A stretch of DNA of 64,000 bases from an uncultured Dehalococcoidales bacterium (GCA_964354125.1 CAYGXW010000002.1:2690-66689); one strand, 5' to 3'; positions 16,339 through 25,850 are shown, counted from the stretch's first letter. Notes: generated by a model not told the origin, from the sequence alone. Program-made: numbers and translations.

Positions 16339-17466
16339 TTGAAAGTAAACGATAAAGAGACTAAATATTGGGTGGGCTTTAATGCCATACCCGGTATCGG
16401 ACGGGTTAAATTCAGTCAGCTTGAGAACCATTTTGGTGGCTTGGAGGAAGCCTGGAAGGCTGGTCCGGCTGAATTAATGCACGCCGGTCTGGACAAAAAC
16501 TCGGTAAGGGCTATAAATGACTGGAGGCCCAGAATTTCTCTTGAATCGGAGATGGAAAAGCTGGAGCGCTTAGCTATCAAGGTTCTTACCTGGCATGATA
16601 ATGACTACCCTGCAAGACTCAAGGAAATATATGACTTCCCGCCAGTACTTTATGTCAGGGGTTCAATAGTTGCTGAAGATGAGTGGTGTCTGGCAGTGGT
16701 TGGCACACGAAGACCAACTGTCTATGGCAGACAGGTAACAGAAGAGATAGTAACCGAGCTAGCCCGAAGTAAGATAACCATTGTCAGCGGTCTGGCTAAA
16801 GGCATTGATTCAGTAGCCCACCAGAGTGCCCTTGAGGCTGGCGGCAGGAGCATTGCTGTTATGGGCGGTGGTCTTGATACTATTTACCCGGCTGAGAATG
16901 CTAATCTGGCTCGCAGTATTATCAAAAACGGAGCCTTAATCAGCGAATACCATCTGGGCACCAAGCCCAAACCGGAAAACTTCCCAAGACGCAATCGGAT
17001 AATGAGCGGACTGAGCCTCGGCGTCCTTGTGGTTGAGGCTGGAGAAACCAGCGGAGCCCTGATTACAGCCCGCCTGGCACTGGAGCAAAACAGGGAGGTT
17101 TTTGCCATCCCGGGTAGCATCCTGTCACCGACAAGCCGGGGCACCAATCACCTCATTCAAGAGGGGGCTAAGCTGGTCCGTGACTTTACCGACATCCTGG
17201 AAGAGCTTAATCTAACAGCTGTCGCCGAACAGCTAGAGATGAGGGAGATTGTTCCTTCTTCCGATACCGAGTCGTTACTGCTTAAGAAACTGGGTGCTGA
17301 ACCAATCCATATTGATGAACTCTGCCGTTTAAGTGAGCTACCGGCGTCAACTGTGAGTAGCACCCTGGCTATGATGGAACTCAAGGGTATGGTCAAGCAG
17401 GTGGGGGCTATGAATTACACCCTTTGCCGTGAAGCAAGAGAGAAATATATAGTAGAAATAGACTAG
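16339..17466 (+). CDS. dprA: DNA-processing protein DprA
   Basis: 375 aa with N-terminal SAM-like IPGIGRVKF, a Rossmann core (VVGTRRPTVYG, SGLAKGIDS) and a C-terminal winged helix. Confidence 0.9.
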   Translation: MKVNDKETKYWVGFNAIPGIGRVKFSQLENHFGGLEEAWKAGPAELMHAGLDKNSVRAINDWRPRISLESEMEKLERLAIKVLTWHDNDYPARLKEIYDFPPVLYVRGSIVAEDEWCLAVVGTRRPTVYGRQVTEEIVTELARSKITIVSGLAKGIDSVAHQSALEAGGRSIAVMGGGLDTIYPAENANLARSIIKNGALISEYHLGTKPKPENFPRRNRIMSGLSLGVLVVEAGETSGALITARLALEQNREVFAIPGSILSPTSRGTNHLIQEGAKLVRDFTDILEELNLTAVAEQLEMREIVPSSDTESLLLKKLGAEPIHIDELCRLSELPASTVSSTLAMMELKGMVKQVGAMNYTLCREAREKYIVEID

Positions 17467-19572
17467 ATGAAAAAGAATTTAGTAATTGTAGAATCACCGG
17501 CTAAAGCCAGAACACTGACCAAAATTCTAGGCAAAGACTATAGCCTTAAGGCATCATTGGGTCACATTAGAGACCTGCCCAGGAGCCGCCTGGGGGTGGA
17601 TATAGAACACGGTTTTACACCCAAGTATGTCGTATCCCGGGATAAAAGTAAGATTGTGCGTGAGCTTAAGCAGGCGGTTCAGAATGCAACCGCTGTATAT
17701 CTGGCTACTGACCCCGACCGTGAGGGTGAAGCCATCGCCTGGCATCTTATTGAGGTAACGAAATCAAACAAAAAACCTTACCGCCGTATCGTCTTCCATG
17801 AAATAACCAAGCCAGCCATTGAGCGAGCCTTTAAAACGCCGCGCTCTGTAGATATGCAACTGGTAAGCGCTCAACAAGCACGGCGCATACTGGATAGGCT
17901 CGTTGGCTACAAGCTCAGCCCACTGCTATGGCGTAAGGTGAGGAAAGGACTTTCAGCCGGCAGGGTGCAATCGGTAGCTGTGAAAATCATCGTTGACCGG
18001 GAGAGGGAGATTGAAAACTTTGTCCCAATGGAATACTGGACTATTGAGGCTGAGCTAACCAAGAAAAAACCTGCTGAAATAAAGCCTTTCCGGGCAGTGC
18101 TGGCTGGGCTGACGGATGGTACTAAACTTGATATTCACTGTCAGGAAGAAGCCGACGAGATTAAGGAAGAGCTTGAAAAAGCCGGCTACAGCGTTATTAA
18201 GGTAAAGACCAAAAAGGTAACCCGCCAGCCGGCACCACCTTTTATCACCAGCACCCTGCAGCAGGAAGCCTGGCGCCGTTTTCGCTTTAGTGCCAAGCAG
18301 ACCATGGCTACCGCACAGCAGCTCTACGAGGGTCTGCCAGTAGGAGACGAGGGTAGCGTTGGTCTCATTACCTATATGAGAACCGACTCAACTCGTGTAG
18401 CCCGTTCGGCCATAGCTGAGACTAGAGACTTTATTACCAATAAATACGGCTCTCAGTTTCTACCACCGCACGCCCGTTCCTTTGCCGGCAGAGTAAAGGG
18501 GGCTCAGGAAGCTCACGAAGCCATACGACCGACCAAAATCTGGCGGCAACCTTCCCTGGTAAAGCCATGCCTTAATACTACGCAGTTCAAGCTCTATAAT
18601 CTCATCTGGCAGAGAATGGTTGCCAGTCAGATGGCGGCGGCCATCTTTGAAAATACTACGGTTGATATTGAAGCCAATTGCCCTATTTCCAGAACTAAAT
18701 ATCTTTTTAGAACATCAAGCTCGGTGAACATCTTCCCTGGATTTATGGTTCTCTATAGCGAGGGTAAAGATGCAGAGGAGGAAAATAAAAGCTCTATATT
18801 ATTACCGCTATTAGAAAAGGGGGATGAACTTGAGCTTTTAGGGCTCTTCCCCGAGCAGCACTTTACCCAACCGCCACCCCGCTTTACCGAAGCGACACTG
18901 ATTAAGATGCTGGAGCAGGCTGGTATTGGACGCCCTAGCACCTACGCTCCAATCCTATCTACAATACAGGAGCGTGAGTATGTTATCAAAACCAACGGCA
19001 GCCTTAAACCTACAGAACTAGGCGGCATAGTTAATGACCTGCTTGTCCGGTACTTCCCCGGCATCGTTAACATTGAGTTCACCGCCAGCCTTGAGGATGA
19101 ACTGGATAAAGTAGCCAATGAAAATATGGACTGGGTACAGGTGGTTAAAGGATTCTATACCCCATTTGAAAATGACCTGCAGAATGCTTCCCAGCTTATG
19201 GAGAGGGTAAAGCTGGCTGAAGAGGTAACCGAGGAGGTCTGCCCTAAATGTGGTAAGCCTATGGTAGTCAAGACCGGGCGTTATGGTAAATTCCTAGCCT
19301 GCAGTGGTTTCCCCGAGTGCAAATCCACCGCCTCTTTCCAGGTCAGGACCGGGGCTAGATGCCCGGAGTGCGGCGCAGAGCTAGTAGAAAAGCGAAGTAA
19401 AAAGAAGCGCATCTTTTATGGCTGTAGTAATTACCCGAAGTGCCAGTTCGCCACCAACTTCAAGCCCCTACCCCAGCCCTGCCCCAAGTGCGGTGGACTG
19501 CTCACAATATATCGGGCGAAGTGGACAAAGTGTGCTAAGTGTGAGTATAAAGGGAAGATACAAGAGCAATAA
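17467..19572 (+). CDS. topA: DNA topoisomerase I
   Basis: 701 aa with a TOPRIM N-terminus (LVIVESPAKARTL), the active-site region YMRTDS and C-terminal Cys4 zinc ribbons. Confidence 0.95.
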   Translation: MKKNLVIVESPAKARTLTKILGKDYSLKASLGHIRDLPRSRLGVDIEHGFTPKYVVSRDKSKIVRELKQAVQNATAVYLATDPDREGEAIAWHLIEVTKSNKKPYRRIVFHEITKPAIERAFKTPRSVDMQLVSAQQARRILDRLVGYKLSPLLWRKVRKGLSAGRVQSVAVKIIVDREREIENFVPMEYWTIEAELTKKKPAEIKPFRAVLAGLTDGTKLDIHCQEEADEIKEELEKAGYSVIKVKTKKVTRQPAPPFITSTLQQEAWRRFRFSAKQTMATAQQLYEGLPVGDEGSVGLITYMRTDSTRVARSAIAETRDFITNKYGSQFLPPHARSFAGRVKGAQEAHEAIRPTKIWRQPSLVKPCLNTTQFKLYNLIWQRMVASQMAAAIFENTTVDIEANCPISRTKYLFRTSSSVNIFPGFMVLYSEGKDAEEENKSSILLPLLEKGDELELLGLFPEQHFTQPPPRFTEATLIKMLEQAGIGRPSTYAPILSTIQEREYVIKTNGSLKPTELGGIVNDLLVRYFPGIVNIEFTASLEDELDKVANENMDWVQVVKGFYTPFENDLQNASQLMERVKLAEEVTEEVCPKCGKPMVVKTGRYGKFLACSGFPECKSTASFQVRTGARCPECGAELVEKRSKKKRIFYGCSNYPKCQFATNFKPLPQPCPKCGGLLTIYRAKWTKCAKCEYKGKIQEQ

Positions 19573-19573
19573 T

Positions 19574-20521
19574 ATGCAGGAAGTCTTTAATAAATATATA
19601 AACTACCTTGAAGCGGAGCGTAATGTTTCCCACTATACGGTGCGCAACTATACCAGCGACCTGGTGGGCAACTATAAGAGGGGCTCGGGGAAGGGCTTCT
19701 TCCAGTTCCTGAAACTAAAGAAGATTGACTCGCTGGATAAGGTAGATAAGCATGTGCTGAGGGATTACCTTGCCTACCTTTTGGAGCAGGGTATCGTTAA
19801 GGCAAGCATCGCCCGTAAAATCTCGGCTATTCGCTCTTTCTATCGCTATCTGGTAAGGGAAGGAATCTTACCCAGGAATCCCATAGAGCAGGCGGCTTCA
19901 CCCAAACTAGACAGGCGTCTGCCCACCTTTCTTACTATTGAAGAAACAGTTAGTCTATTAAAAGCCCCCGATTTAGGAACACCGCAGGGTCAGCGTGACC
20001 GTGCCCTAATGGAGCTAATCTATGCCGCTGGATTAAGGGTTAGTGAACTGGTAAGACTTAATCTGGAGCAGGTCAATCTTGATACCCTTGAAATCCGTGT
20101 TTGGGGGAAGGGTTCCAAGGAAAGGGTGGTGCTTATAGGCGAACTAGTAGCTGGAGCATTAAGTAATTACTTCAGCCAGGGCCGTCCGAGGTTAAAGGGT
20201 GAAAGGGGCGACCAGGGTGCTATATTCCTCAATAAAGATGGCAGTCGCCTCACTGAACGAATGGTACAGAAAATACTCAATAAATATGCCACATTGGCTG
20301 GCATAAAAAAGAGGGTTCACCCCCATATTTTGCGGCATACATTTGCCACCCACCTCCTTGATGGTGGTGCCGATTTAAGGGTCGTCCAGGAACTTCTGGG
20401 ACATGCCAATCTGGCAACCACCCAGATTTATACCCATGTAACCCAGAGCCAAGCAAGAAAGGTCTATCTTTCCGCCCACCCGATGGCAAAAATAAAAGAA
20501 GATGAGCCTAAAGATAGCTAA
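19574..20521 (+). CDS. xerC: tyrosine recombinase XerC/XerD family
   Basis: 315 aa from MQEVFNKYINYLEAERN, with the catalytic region HILRHTFATHLL...LGHANLATTQIYTHV. The ORF-track upstream extension overlaps topA. Confidence 0.85.
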   Translation: MQEVFNKYINYLEAERNVSHYTVRNYTSDLVGNYKRGSGKGFFQFLKLKKIDSLDKVDKHVLRDYLAYLLEQGIVKASIARKISAIRSFYRYLVREGILPRNPIEQAASPKLDRRLPTFLTIEETVSLLKAPDLGTPQGQRDRALMELIYAAGLRVSELVRLNLEQVNLDTLEIRVWGKGSKERVVLIGELVAGALSNYFSQGRPRLKGERGDQGAIFLNKDGSRLTERMVQKILNKYATLAGIKKRVHPHILRHTFATHLLDGGADLRVVQELLGHANLATTQIYTHVTQSQARKVYLSAHPMAKIKEDEPKDS

Positions 20522-21578
20522 CCGGATTAGTAAGCTACGCCAGAGACTGGCGGAAAGGGAGATTGAAGCCTTCTTAATTTCTCAGCCAGAGAATAGATAC
20601 TACCTATCCGGCTTTGATGGCTCAGCCGGCTTCCTTTTGATTACACCACAGAATGAGATTCTAGCCACCGACTTCCGCTATCTGGAGCAGGCTGGCAGAC
20701 AGGCGCCGGAATATGATGTTTTTCGGACGACTGGAGACCTGGAAAACTGGCTTCCCGCGTTGATTAGCGGACTAGCCGTGAAGAAGCTGGGATTTGAAGC
20801 CGAGCATATTAGCTTCGCTATGTATCGCCGCTTAAATAATATACTGTATAATTCAGAATCCAGGCTCAGGCTGGTTCCGGTAGATGGATTGGTAGAATCT
20901 CTTCGGGTTGTAAAAGAGCCTGGAGAAATTGAGCTTATCACTAAGGCTGTCGCCATAAGCGATGCCGCCATAGAATATATTAGGGACAATATTCAAGCTG
21001 GAATAAGCGAGCTGGAAGTAGCCTGGGAGATAGAAAAATTCTTACATGATAAAGGTAGCCAGTCTATCCCATTTAATATCATCGTTGCCTCAGGAGCTAA
21101 TGCCGCACTACCCCATGCCAAGCCCTCAGAGAGAGAAATCCAGCACGGGGAGCCGGTGATGATAGACCTTGGTGCCCGGATTGAAAGCTACAGCAGTGAC
21201 CTGAGCCGAACCATCTGCCTGGGTGAACCTGATAATACCTTTAAAAGGGTTTATAATAGTGTTTTAAAGGCACAGCAAACAGCCATAGATGAAATTAGTG
21301 ATGGCATGACGGGCAAACAGGCTGACACTTTGGCTAGAGCGGCTATTGAAAAAGACGGCTATGGTGACTGTTTTGGGCACAGTCTAGGGCACGGTTTGGG
21401 TCTAGCGACTCATGAGCAACCATCCCTTAATCCCAATTCTCAGGACAGGCTCTGTGACGGTATGGTATTTACCATTGAGCCCGGCATTTACCTCTCTGGC
21501 TGGGGAGGGGTCAGGATTGAGGACACGGTAGTGATGGAAAATGGAAAAGTCAGGGTGCTTTCTCAAGCTAAAAAATAG
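20502..21578 (+). CDS. pepP: Xaa-Pro aminopeptidase / M24B family peptidase
   Basis: 358 aa with creatinase-like N-domain and M24 metal ligands (HSLGHGLGLATHE, IEPGIY, RIED). Confidence 0.85.
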   Translation: MSLKIANRISKLRQRLAEREIEAFLISQPENRYYLSGFDGSAGFLLITPQNEILATDFRYLEQAGRQAPEYDVFRTTGDLENWLPALISGLAVKKLGFEAEHISFAMYRRLNNILYNSESRLRLVPVDGLVESLRVVKEPGEIELITKAVAISDAAIEYIRDNIQAGISELEVAWEIEKFLHDKGSQSIPFNIIVASGANAALPHAKPSEREIQHGEPVMIDLGARIESYSSDLSRTICLGEPDNTFKRVYNSVLKAQQTAIDEISDGMTGKQADTLARAAIEKDGYGDCFGHSLGHGLGLATHEQPSLNPNSQDRLCDGMVFTIEPGIYLSGWGGVRIEDTVVMENGKVRVLSQAKK

Positions 21579-21594
21579 ATTCTTAGGAGTTTGT

Positions 21595-22152
21595 ATGTTA
21601 GGTAGTACGGAGTTAAGAAAAGGGACTGTTATTGAGCTAAACGGCAAGTTGTATCAAGTCGTTAATTACAAACATATTAAAATGAAGCGAACGGCACTGG
21701 TCCGGCTCAAGCTCCGCGATATTATTGGCGGCCATACTATTGAGCAGACCTTCCAGTCTGATGATAAGTTTGTCCGGGCACGACTTGACTATCGCAGTAT
21801 GCAGTACCTGTACAATGATGGTGACCTTTATTACCTTATGGATGAAGAGACATTTGATCAGATGCCTCTGAACAGCTCCCAACTGGGCGATGCCGTTAAT
21901 TATATGAAAGAAGGCATGTCCCTGGAGCTATCCAGTTATAAAGATAAAGTGATTGGCGTGGAACTACCCATCACTGTTGAGCTGAAGGTAACCGACACCG
22001 AGCCTGGATTCAAGGGGGATACTGCCACCGCCGGCACCAAACCAGCCAAGCTGGAGACTGGTATTAATATACAGGTACCTCTTTTTGTAAACAAGGGAGA
22101 TATTATCAAGGTTGATACTAAGGCTGGTAATTATCTGGAAAGGGTAAGCTAA
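21595..22152 (+). CDS. efp: translation elongation factor P
   Basis: 185 aa from MLGSTELRKGTVIELNGKLY, with ATG 7 nt after TAGGAG. The C-terminal part shows the EF-P OB domains (TEPGFKGDTATAGTKPAKLETG). Confidence 0.93.
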   Translation: MLGSTELRKGTVIELNGKLYQVVNYKHIKMKRTALVRLKLRDIIGGHTIEQTFQSDDKFVRARLDYRSMQYLYNDGDLYYLMDEETFDQMPLNSSQLGDAVNYMKEGMSLELSSYKDKVIGVELPITVELKVTDTEPGFKGDTATAGTKPAKLETGINIQVPLFVNKGDIIKVDTKAGNYLERVS

Positions 22153-22157
22153 TAAAA

Positions 22158-22805
22158 TTGTTAAAGGCAGACCTCCATATTCATACTGAGTATTCAATGG
22201 ACTGCACCACCCCCCTAGACAAGCTAATGGCACGCTGTCTTGAGTTGGGTATTAACTGTGTCGCCATAGCTGACCATGGCACAGCTGAAGGAGCTATAAG
22301 ACTAAAAGCTCTGGCTCCTTTCACAGTAATCATAGCTGAGGAGATGCTGACGCCTGATGGAGAAATTATGGGCATGTTTCTAAAAGAGACGATACCCAGC
22401 AGTCTTTCTGTTGAGGAGACAATTTCCAGAATAAAGGCTCAGGGTGGTTTGGTATGTATACCCCACCCGTTTGATAGATTCCGCCCCTCGGCTTTTGATG
22501 GCAGTATTTTAGAAAAGATAGCAGACCAGGTCGATATTATTGAAGTATTTAATGCCAGAACAATCCCCTTTCAGAATCTGAATGGAGCCAGGGCTTTCGC
22601 CCAGAAATATGGCATAAAACAGAGCGCTGGCAGTGATGCCCATACCCTCTCTGAAATAGGCAATGCATATGTTGAGATGCCCGAGTTCAACAACCAAGAT
22701 GATTTTATCCAGGCTCTGGCAAAGGCTAAGATTTGCGGACACAGGACAAACCCTCTCATCCATTTCCTAAGTTTGGGAAACAGAATAAAAAAGAGATTAG
22801 GGTGA
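22158..22805 (+). CDS. PHP-domain metal-dependent phosphoesterase
   Basis: 215 aa. N-terminal ADLHIHTEYSMDC and later IADHG, IPHPFD, GSDAH are PHP His/Asp motifs. Confidence 0.75.
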   Translation: MLKADLHIHTEYSMDCTTPLDKLMARCLELGINCVAIADHGTAEGAIRLKALAPFTVIIAEEMLTPDGEIMGMFLKETIPSSLSVEETISRIKAQGGLVCIPHPFDRFRPSAFDGSILEKIADQVDIIEVFNARTIPFQNLNGARAFAQKYGIKQSAGSDAHTLSEIGNAYVEMPEFNNQDDFIQALAKAKICGHRTNPLIHFLSLGNRIKKRLG

Positions 22806-22811
22806 TAAGAT

Positions 22812-23627
22812 ATGTATCAGTTTGGCTGGTTTTCCACCGGTAGAGATAAAGCCGCCCGGGACCTTCTGGAAACAGCCTATAACAGTATAAAGCAGGGTGG
22901 AATTAAAGCCGAGATTTCATTCGTTTTTTGTAACCGTGAGCCAGATGAATCAGCTCAAGGCGATTTATTCCTTAAAATGGTAAAGAACTATGGCATACCG
23001 CTTGTCTCCTTTTCCTACCAGAAATATAAAGCTGGCAGAGCTAACAACCAGCCAGGAGAAACTCTACCCCAGTGGCGGCTTGAATACGACCGTGAAGTAA
23101 TGAAGCGACTAGAAGCCTTCAATCCTGACCTTTGCATTCTGGCTGGCTATATGCTTATAGTTGGCAAGGAGATGTGTTCTAAGTTTGATATGATTAACCT
23201 TCACCCGGCGGCTCCCGGGGGGCCCACCGGTACCTGGCAGGAGGTAATCTGGTATTTAATAGGAGGAAAAGCCAAGGAAACCGGGGTGATGATGCACCTG
23301 GCGACACCAGAACTGGACAGTGGGCCAGTGGTAAGCTACTGCACCTTCCCTATTATAGGGGCTCCATTTGATAGCTACTGGCGTGAAATAAAAGGGCAAT
23401 CCCTTAATGAGATTAAGAGACGGCAGGGTGAAAATAATCCCCTTTTCAAGCTCATCCGCGAGTATGGTCTCAAGAGGGAGTTTCCATTGATTCTGTCTAC
23501 CATGAAGGCTTTCAGCCAGGGCAGGGTCAAAATCATTAATGGCAAAGTTACCGATTTTCAGGGTAAAGCCATCAATGGCTATAATCTTACCGGAGAGATA
23601 GATAAACTGGTGGCAATAGAGCATTAG
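22812..23627 (+). CDS. formyltransferase-family protein (PurN-like fold)
   Basis: 271 aa. DLCILAGYMLIV...MINLHPAAPGGPTG resembles the formyl_trans_N active-site region. Substrate unknown. Confidence 0.6.
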   Translation: MYQFGWFSTGRDKAARDLLETAYNSIKQGGIKAEISFVFCNREPDESAQGDLFLKMVKNYGIPLVSFSYQKYKAGRANNQPGETLPQWRLEYDREVMKRLEAFNPDLCILAGYMLIVGKEMCSKFDMINLHPAAPGGPTGTWQEVIWYLIGGKAKETGVMMHLATPELDSGPVVSYCTFPIIGAPFDSYWREIKGQSLNEIKRRQGENNPLFKLIREYGLKREFPLILSTMKAFSQGRVKIINGKVTDFQGKAINGYNLTGEIDKLVAIEH

Positions 23628-23681
23628 CTATAGTGCCTGTAGAATCGCTGAAAAATGGGAAGGTTAAAATAGTAAGTGCCA

Positions 23682-23761
23682 AAGGAGAGTCAAATAAAGG
23701 CGAAGCCTCTTTTATAAAATTCCCCCTCCTTCAAAGGAGAGGGGGGTTAAGGGGGTGAGGT
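23682..23761 (+). repeat. structured intergenic repeat, copy B
   Basis: AAGGAGAGTCAAATAAAGGCGAAGCCTCTTTT..CCCCCTCC-TTCAAA-GGAGAGGGGGG-TTAAGGGGGTGAGGT. The last 30 nt are nearly identical to copy A. Confidence 0.6.
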
Positions 23762-23763
23762 AG

Positions 23764-24750
23764 ATAAATAACTTCATTTGTTTAGACCTTGAAGGACCTC
23801 TGACGCCACAGGACAATGCCTATGACCTGATGAAGCTCTTCCCCAGTGGCGACAGGATTTTTGAGGTCATCAGCCGCTACGATGACCTGCTAACCATGGA
23901 GGGTAGGGAAGACTATGAGCCGGGGGATACCCTGGCCCTTATAGTGCCTTTTCTTGTATTGCATAATATCTCAGAGACTGATATTAAAAGTTTAGCCGCC
24001 AAAGCCACCCTGACCGGCGGCGCTTCTGAACTCATTTCATCACTCAAAGACGGTGGATGGGAGGTCTTCTGCATTACTACTACCTATGAGCAGTATGCTA
24101 AACATATCACCCAAAAACTGGGTATTTCAGCCAGCAATGTAGCCAGCACACCTTTCACTCTTGATAAATTCAATGAATTATTATGTCAAGAAGATACCAC
24201 CCTACTACAACAGATGGAAAAGGATATAATAACCATTGGTGATAATGATGAAATAATAAAGCAAAAACTGGACAACTACTTCTGGGAAAAACTACCCAGA
24301 ACTCAATTTGGTCGGGCGATAAGGGATGTCAAGCCTATAGGCGGTCGACGAAAGGTAACCGCTCTCAATTATTTCTGTCAAAGATTCAGCCAGCCTTTAT
24401 CACACTGGGTTGTGGTTGGTGATAGTATTACCGATTTCAGAATACTTAAAGAAGTAGACCATGCCGGTGGGCTGGCAGTTGCCTTTAATGCCAACCAGTA
24501 TGCCCTGCCCTACGCCACCATGAGCTTGGCTTCAACGGACATAAGTGACTTGGCGCCGGTGCTAAAAGCGTGGCAGGAGGGCGGTCGCAGTGAAGTGGAA
24601 AAAGTGGTAAAAGAAAAGGAGAAAACTGGCGGTAGTGATAACAGGAATAACTTCCACTGGCTGTCTGGTAATCGCGAGATACACAGTGTTATTGCTCTTC
24701 ACAAGAGGATAAGACGACTGGTCAGGGAGGAAGCCGGCAAGCTGGGATAA
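23764..24750 (+). CDS. HAD-superfamily hydrolase-like protein (start codon uncertain, possibly ATA at 23764)
   Basis: HAD motif I (FICLDLEGPL) lies upstream of the first ATG (23830). Motif IV-like VVVGDSITD is present. The frame opens after the TAG at 23761-23763. Confidence 0.6.
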   Translation: MNNFICLDLEGPLTPQDNAYDLMKLFPSGDRIFEVISRYDDLLTMEGREDYEPGDTLALIVPFLVLHNISETDIKSLAAKATLTGGASELISSLKDGGWEVFCITTTYEQYAKHITQKLGISASNVASTPFTLDKFNELLCQEDTTLLQQMEKDIITIGDNDEIIKQKLDNYFWEKLPRTQFGRAIRDVKPIGGRRKVTALNYFCQRFSQPLSHWVVVGDSITDFRILKEVDHAGGLAVAFNANQYALPYATMSLASTDISDLAPVLKAWQEGGRSEVEKVVKEKEKTGGSDNRNNFHWLSGNREIHSVIALHKRIRRLVREEAGKLG

Positions 24751-24792
24751 GTATGAATCAGGGAGTCTGGGATAAACATGAATCAGGGAGTC
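24743..24792 (+). repeat. 25-bp tandem duplication (x2, 23/25 identical) spanning the HAD gene stop codon
   Basis: TGGGATAAGTATGAATCAGGGAGTC followed directly by TGGGATAAACATGAATCAGGGAGTC. Confidence 0.85.
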
Positions 24793-24871
24793 AAAGAGGG
24801 GGGAAGCCCCTCTTAAAAATCTTCCCCCTTCCCCTTGCTAAGGGGAAGGGGGAATAAGAAGGGGGATAGGG
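24785..24871 (+). repeat. structured intergenic repeat, copy C (diverged)
   Basis: Hairpin 1 AAGAGGGG-GGAAG-CCCCTCTT (24794-24814). Hairpin 2 is a perfect 15-bp stem, TTCCCCCTTCCCCTT-GCT-AAGGGGAAGGGGGAA (24822-24854). Then AAGGGGGATAGGG lies 4-7 nt before the ATG at 24876. Confidence 0.6.
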
Positions 24872-24875
24872 TTCT

Positions 24876-25850
24876 ATGAGCAATATAGAGGTAATCGGGC
24901 TGGGGGCACTTAATGTAGACCATATATATAAGGTTGAACGTATCTTTGAGGATGGGGAAGCAGTGGTTGATGATACAGGGACATTCCCCGGCGGCTCGGC
25001 GGCTAATACCATTTATGGCTTAGCCAAGCTGGGAGTAAAATCCGGTTTCTCCGGTATTGTTGCCGATGATATTGAAGGAAGTCTATTGATACAGGATTTT
25101 AGAAAGGTCGGCGTGGATACCAGCCAGATTATAGTAAAGAAAGGGGGGGAAACAGGCTCAACCTTATGTCTCAGCGATAGGTTGGGCAATCGCTCTATCT
25201 ATGTCGTGCCTGGCGTCAATAACCTGTTAACTGCAGAAGATATTAACCTGACATATATAGAACAGGCAAAAATTCTTCATATTTCCTCCTTTGCTGGTGA
25301 TGGTCAATTCCAGTTATTGCTGGATTTAGCCAGTGAGCTAACCCCTTCGGTTAAGTTTTGCTTCTCACCTGGAGAACTCTATGCCAGAAAGGGGCTAAAG
25401 GCTCTGGTCCCGATAATGGGTAGGGCTCATGTTCTTTTTATAAACCAGAGCGAGATACGAAATCTTACTGGCAAGGATTCCAAGGCGGGTGCAGAAATAT
25501 GCCTTGAGCAGGGCTGTCAGATTGTTGTCGTTACCTTAGGTAAAGGGAAAAGACTAACCGGCAATAAAATAATTAATGCTTTTTGTTATATTAGAGATGC
25601 CGAAAATGAACATCTGGTTGAATCAGCCAGCCAAACTAAAATCCCTATTGTGGATACCACCGGCGCTGGAGATGCCTTCGCCACCGGATTCCTATATGGA
25701 TTGCTCAAGGAAAAAGCCCTTGATGAATGCGCTCTGCTGGGTGATATCGTCGCCCAATTCTGCATTGGCCAACTGGGAGCCAGACAAGGTTTACCTACTG
25801 CCGCCCAACTTGCTCGGCATTATTTTGAGTTTTATCACCGGAAGCTATAA
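24876..25850 (+). CDS. PfkB-family carbohydrate/nucleoside kinase
   Basis: 324 aa with GGSAANT near the N-terminus and DTTGAGDAF near the C-terminus. Confidence 0.85.
   Translation: MSNIEVIGLGALNVDHIYKVERIFEDGEAVVDDTGTFPGGSAANTIYGLAKLGVKSGFSGIVADDIEGSLLIQDFRKVGVDTSQIIVKKGGETGSTLCLSDRLGNRSIYVVPGVNNLLTAEDINLTYIEQAKILHISSFAGDGQFQLLLDLASELTPSVKFCFSPGELYARKGLKALVPIMGRAHVLFINQSEIRNLTGKDSKAGAEICLEQGCQIVVVTLGKGKRLTGNKIINAFCYIRDAENEHLVESASQTKIPIVDTTGAGDAFATGFLYGLLKEKALDECALLGDIVAQFCIGQLGARQGLPTAAQLARHYFEFYHRKL

Noticed and set aside
19574-20521. The tyrosine recombinase as a mobile-element integrase.
   Set aside because: It sits in a conserved housekeeping run (dprA-topA-xerC-pepP-efp) and has a XerC/XerD-type N-terminal domain. 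It is 3.4 kb from the tRNA islet, separated by core genes.
24743-24875. The tandem repeat plus palindromes read as a miniature CRISPR array.
   Set aside because: There are only two 25-bp units with no spacers. The neighbouring hairpins belong to the dispersed repeat family, and no cas genes are in the window.
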